A model generated the notes under the pieces. The model did no database searches, was not told where the DNA came from, and saw only the letters and a list, made by a program, of their open reading frames with translations. Of a DNA stretch of 64,000 bases, positions 15,362 through 28,329 are shown piece by piece (position 1 is the first letter of the stretch; every line of letters begins with the position of its first letter). The translations under genes and the position numbers were made by a program. Source of the DNA: Octopus sinensis (taxonomy: Eukaryota); contig NC_043005.1 of NCBI RefSeq assembly GCF_006345805.1, forward strand, positions 62,186,001-62,250,000, written 5' to 3'.

Positions 15362-15806
15362 GCTGTGTGGTTAAGAAGCTCACTTTGTAACAACGTGGTT
15401 TCAAGTTTAGTTCCATTGTGTGGCACCTTGGTCAAGTGTCTTCTATTGTAACAATTGGCTAACCAATGCTTTGTGAGTGAATTTGGTAGACAAAAACTTT
15501 ATTGAAGAAAATCTGTGTGTGTATACATACATTCACACATGTATATATATATGTATGAATATATATATATATATATATTTGCATGTGAGTATGTATGTCT
15601 TTGTATTTACATTTGTCCCCTGCTGTTTCTTGAAAATGGGTGTTGATTTTCTTACATCCCTATGACTTAATGGCTTGGTAAAAGAGACTGATTGAATAAG
15701 TACCAGACTTTAAAAAAATATTTACTAGGGTCAACTTTTAAATGGAACTCAAAGCGATGCCCCAGAATGGTTGCAATTCAATGACTGAAACAAGTAAAAG
15801 ATAAAA
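15362..15806 (+). mobile_element. tRNA-derived SINE with CORE-like central motif (family B), older copy
   Basis: Head gctgtgtggttaagaagct, then gtggcaccttggtcaagtgtcttct, internal TA/TG microsatellite, and 3' end atgactgaaacaagtaaaagataa as in the copies at 46118 and 46818. Confidence 0.85.
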
Positions 15807-15989
15807 GGCAAAAATTTTAATATAACATACACACACAACCTTTTAAATTTATTCATTATCAAATACCCAAATATTCTAAATGATTACTCATAATTACCAA
15901 TGGATGTGTAATGACTTTTCTTCTTTTACTAGTTTCAGTCATTGAGCTGTAGCTATGCTGGGACATTTCCATTAATAATATTGTCAATT

Positions 15990-16150
15990 ACATGGAACTG
16001 GTGTAAAATTCATCAACTAGTACTTTTTGTATCATTGAAAGGATGACAAGCAAAGTGTACCTCAACAGGATTTGAACTCAGAAAACAAATGGATGTTGAC
16101 AAATATCATAAGGTATGCCATCTGACATTACCAATGCTGTCAACCACCCA
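15990..16150 (-). mobile_element. tRNA-derived SINE family C fragment
   Basis: gaaaggatgacaagcaaagtgtacctcaacaggatttgaactcagaa matches the family C core seen at 50128-50522. Confidence 0.7.
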
Positions 16151-19100
16151 TTATATTCTTATTTTTCATGGAAACAAACTAATTCTTGGAAATATTTTTC
16201 TTGCAAATTACTTGGCTCTCCAGTTAAATATTGTATTTATTTGTAAGTTTGAAAAACTCAATAGCACAGACGATAAATAAAATCTTTTCTAACTAGATAT
16301 ACTTTTGAACAACTGCCAAGTATTTTTCTTTAAATTAATTTCATTCGTCATAATTGCTTTGTAGAGTAAAATTACTTTTAGGAAAGTAATTCTTAAAACT
16401 TGCCTTATTATCTTGAATATGTTTTAAAAATGTATGTTCTACAGTCATTATAAGCTAGAGAGTTGTTCATCATGTTACTTAAACTATTTAGCCAAGCTTG
16501 TAAAAGTTTATAAATAAATGTGCTACTTTCTGTTACAGTGTAATAATAATTAGTGTATTAATAGTTAAGTATATAGGACTGGTGAACAGCTCAATTTTAT
16601 CTGTGTTTTAGTTGGTAAAAGAACCTTCCCCCTCCTATCAATATACTCACTCATTTATCATAGATTGTTTTCCTAATAAAAATATGACACTGTTGGGTAA
16701 CAAACTATTCCTTTGTTCCAGAGTGAGGTTTCTTCTTGTGAAGCCTACTTAAAGCTAGATGGAACCAACTGCTATAAATTAACTGTTATGGTTAAGGACT
16801 GACTATAAAATATAAATCAGCTGTGTCATCTATGGTTCTTATTGTAATATCATAAGTAATAATTAAAATTTATCATGCCATATTTTTTATGATAACCAGA
16901 AGTTGCTACATATACACAAAAGGAAATTAGCTTAGCCACATTACTTTTAATATCACATTGCCTCAGAACACTTTTGATTTTAAAGTTATATTGTAATTAG
17001 CCTGCCTGCCAATTTCAGCTTAATGAAAGTACTATTTCTTCACTAAATCACTCCAAATTCTTGATTCTTTTCAAAATTAATCATAACATATAAGCTATGC
17101 ATTTCATTAAAGATATAGCTGGAATGATTGTTTTTTAAAATTTCAAGAAAAATAAACTTCAAGGAATGATTTCAGAAATTTAAATTAAAAATATCTCTCA
17201 CCTATCTATCAAATGAGATTTCTTTAACAAAAATAATGTGAAATAACTTTATACAAATATAACTTGTGGAAAAAATATTAGAACCTTTCAACTATTGTTC
17301 AAGTGGTTTTGTTGAAAATGATTTTAAACTTCAAAAAGAGTCATTCAGTCAGTGTTATTCTTTAATTCTTGGAAAAGTTGTCATGATTTGCTTTGAGGTA
17401 TTTCTGAAACATGTTTCAATTTTGTGTGTGAATTATTGTCCAAACAATAGAAGTGAGAATATGGGTAGTTAGTTACAGTTCTATAATACAGGCATAATTA
17501 AAGAAAAGAATATTGGCAATGGCATGCCAGTGTTTCTAATATGAGTAACAGTAGCATATAATGTAGATTATCCTTGATTAGGCTATGCACATTGCATTTC
17601 ACTTCAGTAAATTCTCCAATCGTCATGTAGAATATTTCTCATTATACACACTTATAATGCACACTTATACGATTTTGCTTATCCAGTTCATACTCCTCTT
17701 CAATATCAGAATGATTGTCGTCATCGTCATCATCATCAATGCCATTGTTACTGCTACATCCTACTTGACAAACTGATAGAATCATTACAACTTCAAATGA
17801 AATACTTTGCAGTATTTATTTTGATTTCTTGCATTCTGAGTTCCATTCCCTCTGAGAGCAACTTTGCCTTTCACCCTCCTGGGATCAATAAATTAAGTAA
17901 AAGTTTAGGGTAGTAGACTGGCCTGAACTCTTTATATTCTGCATTCAGTTGTTGTGCTGATCTACTTAGATAGTAGCTTTTATATGTTACCTGGTTTAAG
18001 AACATCACACATCCCAATCCACTCTGTTACAAACATTCAGATCAATTTGAAGAAAACTTTCTCCTTCTCTTCCACTAGTCTCAAAGGTTTTGAAAACGGG
18101 TCTTGAGCATTGCCCTTCTCTTCTGACTAAGTGATAAAACTAAATTTTTTAGATGCTGAATCTCTTGTTGAACTAACAGAGAACCAACATTTAGTCCATT
18201 TATTTTTGATCAATTTATTTTTACTTTCTTCCCCACTTTACTCACACCTCATACAACCTGCCCTATCAGAGGTAAATGACACTGAATTTTGATGTACTTT
18301 TTACACAGGTCATTATGATTTCAAGTGAATTCATGTTGATAAATATTCTTGTCTGTATGGTGCCGCTGGAGTTCTAATTTCCTGCTAGTATGTAACATAT
18401 TACATTTCATATTTTATATAAAGCTAGTTAAACAAAGTATGTGGTAGTAACATATATAATGGCTCCTCCAAGCCTCTTTCTTTTTCTGAATTATTAAAAG
18501 AAAGTGCACCATCATCCATACACATGTATGTGTATATATATATAAATACACACACACACACATATACATATTATAATTCCTGTTTACCAAAGTAATACCA
18601 ATAACCAGGTGACAAATATTCTTAGACATGTAATGCACAGTATTATTAAATTCTGTTCGCAAAGTGGTATGAATTTCACTGACACATACACATTATAATA
18701 TATTTAGTTCATAAATATATTATGCATTAAATGTATCATATAATCATATGTAAAATATATACAGTGCATACATAAATGCACACTTAACCATGTAACTCAT
18801 TTTCCTTAACGATCTGCTGTCAAGTATGAACTGATCGATAAAGAAAGTTTTTAACTTGTCTGTAAGTCATGTAGTTACTACACCACCCATAAATGAAGAG
18901 TTATAACCAAACAGAGTGTAATGAATACATGCAAACGTTTATTATCTGTATTTTAAAGATGTTATTACCCTGTTTAAAAATACTTATATTCATAACAATT
19001 TTATTTCATGACCATTGCTGATATCACACACACACACACACACACACTCACTCATACACACACACACACACTCACTCATACACACACAAAATGGCAGTCA

Positions 19101-19734
19101 TTATATCGTGTTTAGCATGGATGTATTATTAGGACACAGTATTACTGTAGTATTTGACTTGAGAGATTCTCCCATAGACAATCACTTGCAGACAAGAATC
19201 GTCTAGCATGGGAGGCAGAACAGTAAGATCATGTAATTTCAGCATTTCTGTACTACATTAGTGGCAGGTGGAAAAGAAAGATATCTCTATATATTTGTCT
19301 ATCTCTTCTGTTTATGCTTTTCTCATTGTAAACTTTCACTCTCTCAATCTCTCTATCTCTGTATATATACTTATCACATGCTCTCTCTCTCCTCTCTCTG
19401 TATATATACTTATCACATTCTCTTTCACTCTCTGTATATAAATATCACTCATGTTGAGTGTGTGCTTGTCAGTGTGTATGTATGTATGCATGTATGTAAG
19501 GAATTTCATTAAGGTGACAGAGTCGAAAGACACAAAGCATCGCCAACAAGCTAAAACAAAAACTTAGTTTATTGATACATTGCCCCAAATAATGCAAAAA
19601 TCTGTCCTGATCAAGAGGCCTATCCATTGGGAAAGATATGGTCTGACAAGGAACAAAAAATTGATATAAAGGCATTTTAATGTGAAAATTGTCCAGCAAC
19701 GATGGGATACTTGGGTAGTGTGTGTGTGTGTCTT

Positions 19735-20110
19735 CTTTTACATGCGTCAGTCATTGGACTGCGACCATGCTGGGGCACTGCCTTGCAGGCTTTATTTGAA
19801 CAAATTAACCCTGGTATTTTTCTTTTTAAAACTGATACTTATTCTACCAGTTGCTTTTGCCAAACTGCTAAGTTATAGGGAGATAAACAAACCAAATGGC
19901 AGGGGAAAGATAAACACAAAAACACACTCATGCTCACATTACACATATACAACATGCTTCCACACACTTTCCAGTTACCAAATCCACTCACAAGGCATCA
20001 GTTGGCCCAGGGCTACTGTAGAAGATATTTGCCCAAGGTGCCATGCAGTGGGCTTGAACCTGAAACTATGTAGTTACAAAGCAAGCTTTTTAACTACTTA
20101 GGCACGCCTC
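19735..20110 (-). mobile_element. Family B SINE copy
   Basis: Reverse complement of the family B tail (cagtcattggactgcgaccatgctgg) and head (ttgcccaaggtgccatgcagtgggcttgaacc). Confidence 0.8.
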
Positions 20111-20176
20111 TCTGTGTGTATACATATAAATACATACATGCTTATATACATGTACATACATACACATGTGTATATG

Positions 20177-20214
<38 letters not shown>

Positions 20215-21300
20215 TTCATACACACACACGCTAGACTCTATGAAACTTTCTGCCAGTGTCTATTGAGTTTTTTAGTGTTTTACCCACAAAAAAGGAAAAG
20301 TGTCTAACTACACTCTATACATCATTGCCATCACCACCACAGCTACCACCATCACCATAAATTCACATCAATTTTTCTGTGCTGACATGAGTTGTATATA
20401 TGTGGCATAAAGAACTTGGTTCAATGTAGCTTTATATATGTATAAATATACTTGTTTGTATCAAATTCTCAGACTTGTCTACTTTGTCTAGAATTTAAAC
20501 ATTTATTCTTTTTATGAACCACAAATGTAAAGTTTTTTATATTTTCTTTCAATGTCCATTTTTGAAAAGTACTCTTTGAAATCTTGATATAATATTCATC
20601 ATAAGTTAGTAAATGTTTTTACACACACACACACACATACATGCACACACACAACATTCACTTATGCGCATTCACACATACACGAATATCTAATGTTCAC
20701 ATGCACACAAACATAAATGTAAACGCACATGCATATATCAAACTTGTATATATGTCCCTGTCAATAATGGCCCAATAATATTTTCATTTTTATTTTTCTG
20801 AATATGGTTCTTTAATTCATTTAATCTATAACTAACATCAAAATGAAATTATGACTATGACATACCATAAAAACATAAGAGGCTTATGTTTTTCTTCTCT
20901 TATCAGTCCATTACTTGATATGTTAGCTGCTCTTCCCATTCAACCATTCATGTGGTACAGTGTGTTGATTCAATGGCAACTTGGATGACAGCCAACTAGG
21001 TGATGTATAACTGGATAACTAACTTGGCTATCTAACATCCTAAGTGACTGGGTTGCATAAGTTTAGTCAGAAAAAAGTATTATTGATGCTGCTTAGCTCC
21101 AGATCAACCCCTATTTAGCAAATCATTCCAGTTGCGATTACATTTTTTTTTTTCAATCTGAGGGTCTACATGTGTCAGCTGTCCCCACTTTTTGATATAC
21201 TCTCATCTCTCAATCACACACCCTTTATTTTATTCACTGCATTATGCTTCTTGTATAACTGAAGATACCAGTGAATCTTTCCTATTCACTGTATCATATT

Positions 21301-21670
21301 AATGCATTCGAGCTTTGGTGCTGGAGAAGACTTTTAAGGATTCCATGGACAGCAGCGAGGCTCACCAATGGAGAAGTTCTTAAGCAGGTCAGGCCGAAAA
21401 TGTCGCCAGAAGCTAAGATCACCAAGCATAGATTGGCATATTTCGGTCATATTATGTGGAGAAAATCCCTGGAGAAGGACATCATGCTTGGAAAGGTCAG
21501 TGGCAAGAGAGGAAGAGGCTGACCAAGAACCCGCTGGCTTGACACCATCAAGAGGGATACCGGAATGGACATAGCCAATCTGAAAGAAGCTGCCCAGGAT
21601 AGAACTGACTGGAGGACACTGATCCAACAAGTGACCGAGAGTCGATTTCAACTGAGCAGATAGATAGATA
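21301..21670 (+). mobile_element. 5'-truncated RTE-clade LINE (ORF2 C-terminus) with (TAGA)n tail and 10-bp TSD
   Basis: Translates INAFELWCWRRLLRIPWT...RLAYFGHIMWRKSLEKDIMLGKVSGKRGRG*PRTRWLDTIK..., the RTE signature. Perfect TSD GTATCATATT at 21291-21300 and 21671-21680. Confidence 0.92.
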
Positions 21671-22089
21671 GTATCATATTGTCCATGTTGGGTTGTCATT
21701 GGACATTTCTCCGTTTGTCTGTCTATCTGTCTCTCTACTAAGCTGCCTGTGTAATGAGGGATAGCAGTGGGGCTACTTGAACTTAATCTCTTCTCTGTCA
21801 TATTTATGTACTCATTACACCTGAGCATTGCTTTCTCTGTACGAACAGTCAACATTTCCTCTCTCTCCTGCTCTTCACCCCCTCACTCCAATCACTCTGT
21901 TTCCATTATCATACTCTTATTCTATCCATCCACACATCCTCTCTCTTGTACTTAGACTCTTAAGTTTTCATCTGCTTCTAATAATTTGGCAGTTGCACAG
22001 CGACACTATGAGATGACATAGCTGTAAATTTATTGTCTCTTATTTTCAGTGTTATCAGTATCTTTCTTGCTAGACATCTGAATGGTGAA

Positions 22090-22480
22090 ATCATTTTAGT
22101 ACTAACATTATTAAATGAGGTGTCACTAATTATTACAATTTCCAGGTGATTATTTACTAATATTTTCAGAAGTTAAATAGATTCTGATTTTGATATTACA
22201 AACTCTGCTGGCATTGTGTATTGAGGTTACAATGTGTTGATAGGAAAATGCTTGAAGCTTTCCAACATTGAGTTACATCTTGTTTGCATTAGCTAACTTG
22301 CATATATTGTAATAAATTCCTTCTGAAACTTCTTGAAATCATTGATAATGTTAATTGAGGATATATCTGAAAGAGCTATTATCAACATTAATAACATTTC
22401 TTTTGAGATGATGACTTGGAATAGCTGACTTTGTTTTGAAATGGAATCTTTAGCTGCATCAGCTTGACTGTTGTGGTTTC
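22090..22480 (-). mobile_element. Highly degenerate non-LTR reverse transcriptase fragment (possible)
   Basis: Minus-strand frames give VDNSSF (YADD-like position) followed by ANANKM*LNVGKLQAF (resembling W...N...FN..KTQ). Many stops. Confidence 0.3.
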
Positions 22481-22844
22481 AAAAGTAATGCGAATGCTCC
22501 ATGATTCTATGTTGTCACGAAAGTGACCATGCTCAATATGCAAGGTAGGAATTTGTAGGAATCCCATAAGGTGTTTATAAACTGTTAACACATTAAAATT
22601 TAAATGGCATAACAACCAGGTTGACAGTGAAAATAGACTTTTATAAGTGGAAGATGTATAGGAATAGTGAGCAGTAAGAATACATGTGAAATAAGTTTCT
22701 TCAGATGTTTGGAAGGCTTCCTTGAAGTAGCTGAAAGCTTTTTTTTTTTTTTTAGGACACTTAGAGTGGAGGTACATGTTCTGAAATCATATTTTCTAGA
22801 AAAAGTCAATGAGCAGTAAAGGTTTCTCCCTCAGAGTGAAGAGC

Positions 22845-23292
22845 AGGTTTCTGTATGGTGTGCAATGTTGCATGGTAGTAAGTTGTGGGCATTGAATGCA
22901 TAGAATTCCAGAAAGAAATGAAGTGAGTATACACTGCTGGATTGAATATCTAATGTGTTAATGTACATGAATGATGGAACACAAATGTGTTGGAAAAAAA
23001 AATTGGATTAAAGATGACTTGGATGTAATATGTGAGAGAAGACTACCATAGTTCAAGCAAGTGATTTATATGGAGGATGACAGTGGTGTAAATAAGTGCC
23101 TATTCTTAAAAGTACATAAAATCTGTTGCAAAGGGAGACTAAGGAAGACATAGGGTAAAGTGGTGGAAATTGATCTCAAGAAGCTGATCCTCCTGAAGAG
23201 ATGACAAACTACCATAAAATGTGGTTAAACATAATGCTGTAGAAGGCATTTCAAACCCAAACAAGCATAGGAAGGTGTAAAGAATGATAGTG
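22845..23292 (+). mobile_element. Degenerate RTE-X-like LINE 3' end
   Basis: Frameshifted AMLHGSKLWALNA*..ERNEVS...ERRLP*FKQVIYMEDDSGVNKC...KGRLRKT*GKVVEIDLKKL. Ends with aacccaaacaagcataggaaggtgtaaagaatgat, resembling the family A terminus. Confidence 0.7.
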
Positions 23293-24040
23293 TTGAAGGA
23301 AAGTTAGATGAATGATATTTACACTTAGGGCTCTCCCAAAAAATTTTATATTAAATCTCCATCAACTGTTCTCTCTTCTCTTCATTACTCTCTCATTTAT
23401 CACTCAACTTCTTTCCTATCTACAGACTCCTCTATTATCACTCATTCTCTTTTCAATCAAAATACCTGTGTAATGAAGGATAGCATTGCATTAGTTACAT
23501 CCATATTAAATCCTCCTCTTTCTGTCACCTTTCTTTATCACTAGACATTATTCTCTCCCTTATCATTCATAACCGGCATCCATCACTTTCATTACTTCTA
23601 TCACTAATCATTGTTCTCCATCACTCTCTTTTATTTCTGATATTCCTTCTTATTTCACTCTGTTTCTTTTCACCTCTGCTTTCAACCCTCATGCAGTTTC
23701 TATCCAATCTCCCTACCAATGATTTTCATGTAGCTGTCTTAGTCTGTCTGTTTGTCTCAACTCTCTCCTACTATTCATTGCTCTATCTCCTTCCTATCAA
23801 TCCAGTTTTCCTCACCATCCTCTTACTCTGATTCTTTTTCATCACTTTCTTTTTTATTACCCTCTCAGTTATGTTGCTTCAATCCAATTTCTGTACCAAC
23901 AATTGATATGTAACTGTCTAGCATTCCTTACACTGTCTTATTATTTTAACTCAGATTTTGTTGGCACTTCTGGAGTCTTGCATGCATAGCAGGCTTGCTA
24001 CCTGCAGCCCATGGCACCAGGCTATCTGTTCTTTTCAACT

Positions 24041-24133
24041 GTTATTATTATTATCATTATCATCATCATTATTATTATTATCATTATTTTCATTATTATG
24101 ATGATTATTATTATTATCATCATCATTATTATT
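24041..24133. repeat. Compound (ATT)n/(ATC)n trinucleotide repeat
   Basis: Direct reading. Source of the poly-I and poly-N/D spurious ORFs. Confidence 0.95.
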
Positions 24134-24134
24134 A

Positions 24135-24313
24135 ACATCGTGCCGGTGGCATGTAAAAGTACCCGCTACACTCTCGGAGTGGTTGGCATTAAGAAGGGCA
24201 TCCAGCTGTAGAAACTCTGCCAGATCAGATTGAAGTCTGGTTCGCCAGACCTCAGTCAAATCGTCCAACCCATGCTAGCATGGAAAGCGGACGTTAAACT
24301 ATGATGATGATGA
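24135..24313 (+). repeat. Family A copy
   Basis: cggagtggttggcattaagaagggcatccagctgtagaaa ... ccaacccatgctagcatggaaagcggacgttaaac(tatgatga)n. Confidence 0.9.
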
Positions 24314-24371
24314 TATTATATCACTCATAAATTCCTATCACGCTGGTTCTCATTTTAATATCCTACCATCC

Positions 24372-24650
24372 TCATTTCTTTCCTTCACTATTGCGTGGGA
24401 AGCCTGAGTGAGAGGATGATAGAATATTGGTTTCAAATTTTGGCACAAGGCCAGCAGTTTTAGGAGGAGTGGGTATATTGATTACGACCCTAGCGCTTAA
24501 GAAATAAGTTCCAAAGTACCAGCTGAACATGGTGGGTGGGGATCGATGTAACCCCTGCTCTAAAAATTGCTGGCTTGTGCCAAAATTTAAAACCAATATT
24601 CTATCATTCTCTCACTCAGGCTTACCACCCAATTATGGTGGAAATGAATG
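24372..24650. repeat. Imperfect inverted duplication (~100-bp arms) containing family C SINE tails
   Basis: gcctgagtgagaggatgatagaatattggtttcaaattttggcacaaggccagca (from 24402) is the near reverse complement of tgctggcttgtgccaaaatttaaaaccaatattctatcattctctcactcaggc (ending 24621). Weaker pairing extends outward. Confidence 0.85.
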
Positions 24651-27057
24651 AATGAATGAGTGAATGGAGACACCACAGGAAAGAGAGGACATCCTTCTAG
24701 TGCTGTAAATGAATGAATGGAGACAGCAAAGAAAAGAAATGACTCTTTAGGTTTGTTAGAAACAAGGTGGTGTCACTAGTACTAGTATCATGATAAAACA
24801 TACCCAGTATCTTATTCAAAGTGATTCACTGAAAAGGTATCCAGTCATAGAAGGCATACAAAAATGGAATGCATGAATGAGATGTGCTTGTGATTTACAC
24901 TCCAAATAGGATTTGATTTCAATCCTGACAACTCATCAATCTCAGCCCAGCATCAAAAAGCATAAAAATGATGTTATGATGTGTATATATATATATATAT
25001 ATAGATATATAAACATGCATATACTTATGCAAACAAATATATAGATATATATATACACATATATATAATCTATCTATCTATTTATCTGTGTGTCTGTCTG
25101 TCTTTCAGTCTGTGTCCATCCATCTGTCCATTGTCCATCTGTCTGTTTGTCTCTCTCTCTCTACCAATGTGTGTGTGTGTACACACACACACACACATAA
25201 ATGTGCATACATACACACACACACAAAGAATGAGACTTAACATGCATACTTCACTGCTCACATTAAGGAATGTGAGTGTGAAAAAGAAGAATAAACTATG
25301 TGCCTGTTAATACTGGTGTTGATGACAGCAGTTGACAATCTGATATAATCATTCTCCAATTCCTCTGGAAATGTTCTTTGTTTAGTGTCAGTCAGACATA
25401 AATATCGTCTAAATATGAACATAAACTATCAAATGTTTAGAATGTTAGAATAAATGCACTAATGAAGTAGTTTACACACTTAAAATATCTCGAAAGGCAT
25501 CTCTATTCAACTGGTGCATGAATGGATGTAGTTGTGAATAACAAATGGCCACAATCCAGAGAAGATTTAACACTTATTGAACCTTTCAAATGCATTTTTA
25601 GATATGGTGATTGTCTCAAGTTTTCAACTTCTGCAGCTTGGTTAGCTGAATTAGTTATGTACACCACCTCATACTCACCTTTCCATGCATCACATAAAAA
25701 AAAAGCCATAATGTTTTTTATAGATTTCACTTCAGTATTTGATTATAGCTTTCGTTTTGCAAAGAATACATTTAAATGTTTTGGGAAATGTTACAAATTT
25801 TTAAAGGCAACCCATTTCATTTTTATAATTTTATACTATATAATAATTATAATTTTCAATTTTGGCATTTTTTTTTTTTCTTCTTGTGTAATTTATGTAA
25901 AAGTGGATATAAAAGCTATACAGAAACATAATGAATAAGTTGATTGGAAATTATTGGAAAATTAACACTAACAAATACTTTTAATAAATGTGACCTAGTT
26001 ATAGAATTTTTGTATTGGTAATTATCTGCAAACCATTCCTAACATTAAGCAATTAGGAAAACTTTAAAAGGTGAAATTATAGGTTTCAGTATTTCTTTCA
26101 ATGTTGCATTGTTTTTAAGAGTTGTTTACAAACCCTCAGCTCAAATTCGCCTGCAGTTTTAAAAATAGCCTTGAAAAAGCAGTAAATAAAAGAAAAAGGA
26201 AGAAGATAAGGTAAAATTTATATCCTGTTTTAATTCTTCCTTAAATTCTGAAAAGATTTTTTTTTATTTGAATATTACAGCTTTTTTAATTACATCTCAA
26301 CAACACTGACTACAATAAAAGCAAGCTGAACAAAATAAGATGGGAAGAAAGAGCTAAATTACTTTCTCAAACTATTAATAACAGCAATAACAGCAAAAAC
26401 TAAAGCTTCCCTCATTTATTTTATTGAAAGTGAAACCAAATGTAACTTTTCTTCAGTTAGTGTGAACATATTTAATGCAGTGTGAGTTAAAAAGCTAATT
26501 GGAGATAATTATGTGGCAAGTATCAAACAATATAAGTCAATGACAAATATTTTAATTATTTCAGCAAGTACAGGAGACAACTCTGGAATATTTCAGCTTT
26601 ATTATAACCTCAAAGGTAAAGCATAAAGTTCATTGTACTTGCTGAAGTAGTAATGTGAGAATTACTAAGTAAATATACAAGGCTATGTACCTGTTGGTGT
26701 AGAAAAATAGCATTTTTAGCGGATACATACCAAGCCTAGTATACCAGACCAAAAAACATAAGGACAAACTGGTAGCAAAAACAGTTTCCTACCATGCATA
26801 GTTGATGTTATTTTGAGTACACATCTTCTCATGAAGGACTGGATCGTTATAATATTTACTATACTGGTATGGATAATTCAGTTCTAACTTTGTAAGATGT
26901 TTCTGCCTCTGTCACCGCATTATCAGTCCAGTATTATTAGACAGTGGTCTTTATCAGAGGTGATTGGTAATATACAGAAGAATTATGTCTCTTCACAAAA
27001 AGCTACCAGGTTGTATATACATTAGCAATTAGTAACAGAAGCAGCCTTTGTGACAAA

Positions 27058-27452
27058 TATTGATCAACGCATCCAACCTGACCTGGATGTGTTAGACTGC
27101 AGTGAATATCATGAGAAATCATCTTGTGTAGACGACAAATGCTTAAAAGCACAGATAATATCAATTGATGATATTTCACCAGTATTGGCAGGTGGTAGTG
27201 TTGTATCACATGATTTCATAGTATTTAGAATCATCAGTAACAGACAGCCAAACATTGAATGTTGATGATCTGAAATATGGTGAAATTACATGATACAACA
27301 GTGCCATCTGTTGGTGCTGATGAAATATCAATTGATATTATCTGTTCTTTTTAGCATTTGTTGTCTACATGTGATGGTTTATCAGGACATTTACTGCAGT
27401 CTGAGGTATTATAAATAACACATCCAAGTTAGGTTGGATGTGCTAACTTATA
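27058..27452. mobile_element. Foldback/MITE, ~170-bp inverted arms, TA-bounded
   Basis: The left arm gcatccaacctgacctggatgtgtta...gaatcatca pairs with the right arm tgatgatctg...taacacatccaagttaggttggatgtgc at roughly 75-80% by eye, around a ~25-nt loop. TA at both ends. Confidence 0.85.
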
Positions 27453-28228
27453 TCCCTTCGTTTTAGTAATATTAATTTTCTTCTTCAGCATACATTTTAA
27501 TGTCTGTTATTTAGAGATACTTTGTATGTGTTCAGTTCATTGTTGTCTAAGATTTCCTTATAATATAACAACTTCTGAAATGAATTTACCCAAAGTCCAT
27601 CATCCTCCAGACACTTTTCTGAACAATAAAGACGCCTAGGATTTTAAACTACCTGAGGGATTATTTATTTATCATCTTCATCAATGAATGAAATGTTAAA
27701 ATGTGATAAATGAAATGGATTTGAATCACACAAAAAAAAAATCATGCAGAAATCAAATAAGAAATATGTAAAAGGATCCATTGGAAAATTTGTCCTTATA
27801 AATATCTGTGGACTTTGGTCCAACTTTGGCTCACTATTTTCTAATACAAGCCATATCTACTATTCCTCAAAAGTTTAATCTCTCATTCCAAATCTGTAAA
27901 TCCATATCTGCTGTCCATATTACACATATTTTAAGTACTTTCCTAAATGTAGTGTATGTGCTTATGTATATTCCATATTCCTCAACACAGCACTCTGACC
28001 TGGAGATCAGCAATAATGACTTTCATATACTATACTGAAGTCTTCTCTATTCTTCTAAATCCATCTGCAGTCTCTTACTTTATCCACAGTTTTTCAGTCA
28101 TTATTAAATGTACTATCACACCCATTACAGTCCAAACCCCTTTGTAGTTCTGTTGCAGCTGGGTTCTCTATTGCTGTTCTACAACATTTGGAGGAAATTC
28201 TTCACTGTCACCAGCCCAGAAGTATTTA

Positions 28229-28274
<46 letters not shown>

Positions 28275-28329
28275 TAATAAATGTGACTTTTGGCCTGATT
28301 GGACTTTTGGTGGAGTCAGTTTATTCAGA

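Noticed and set aside
26670-27000. Possible piggyBac transposase remnant (LLDSGLY-like)
   Set aside because: No conserved DDD-region motifs could be assembled in any frame.
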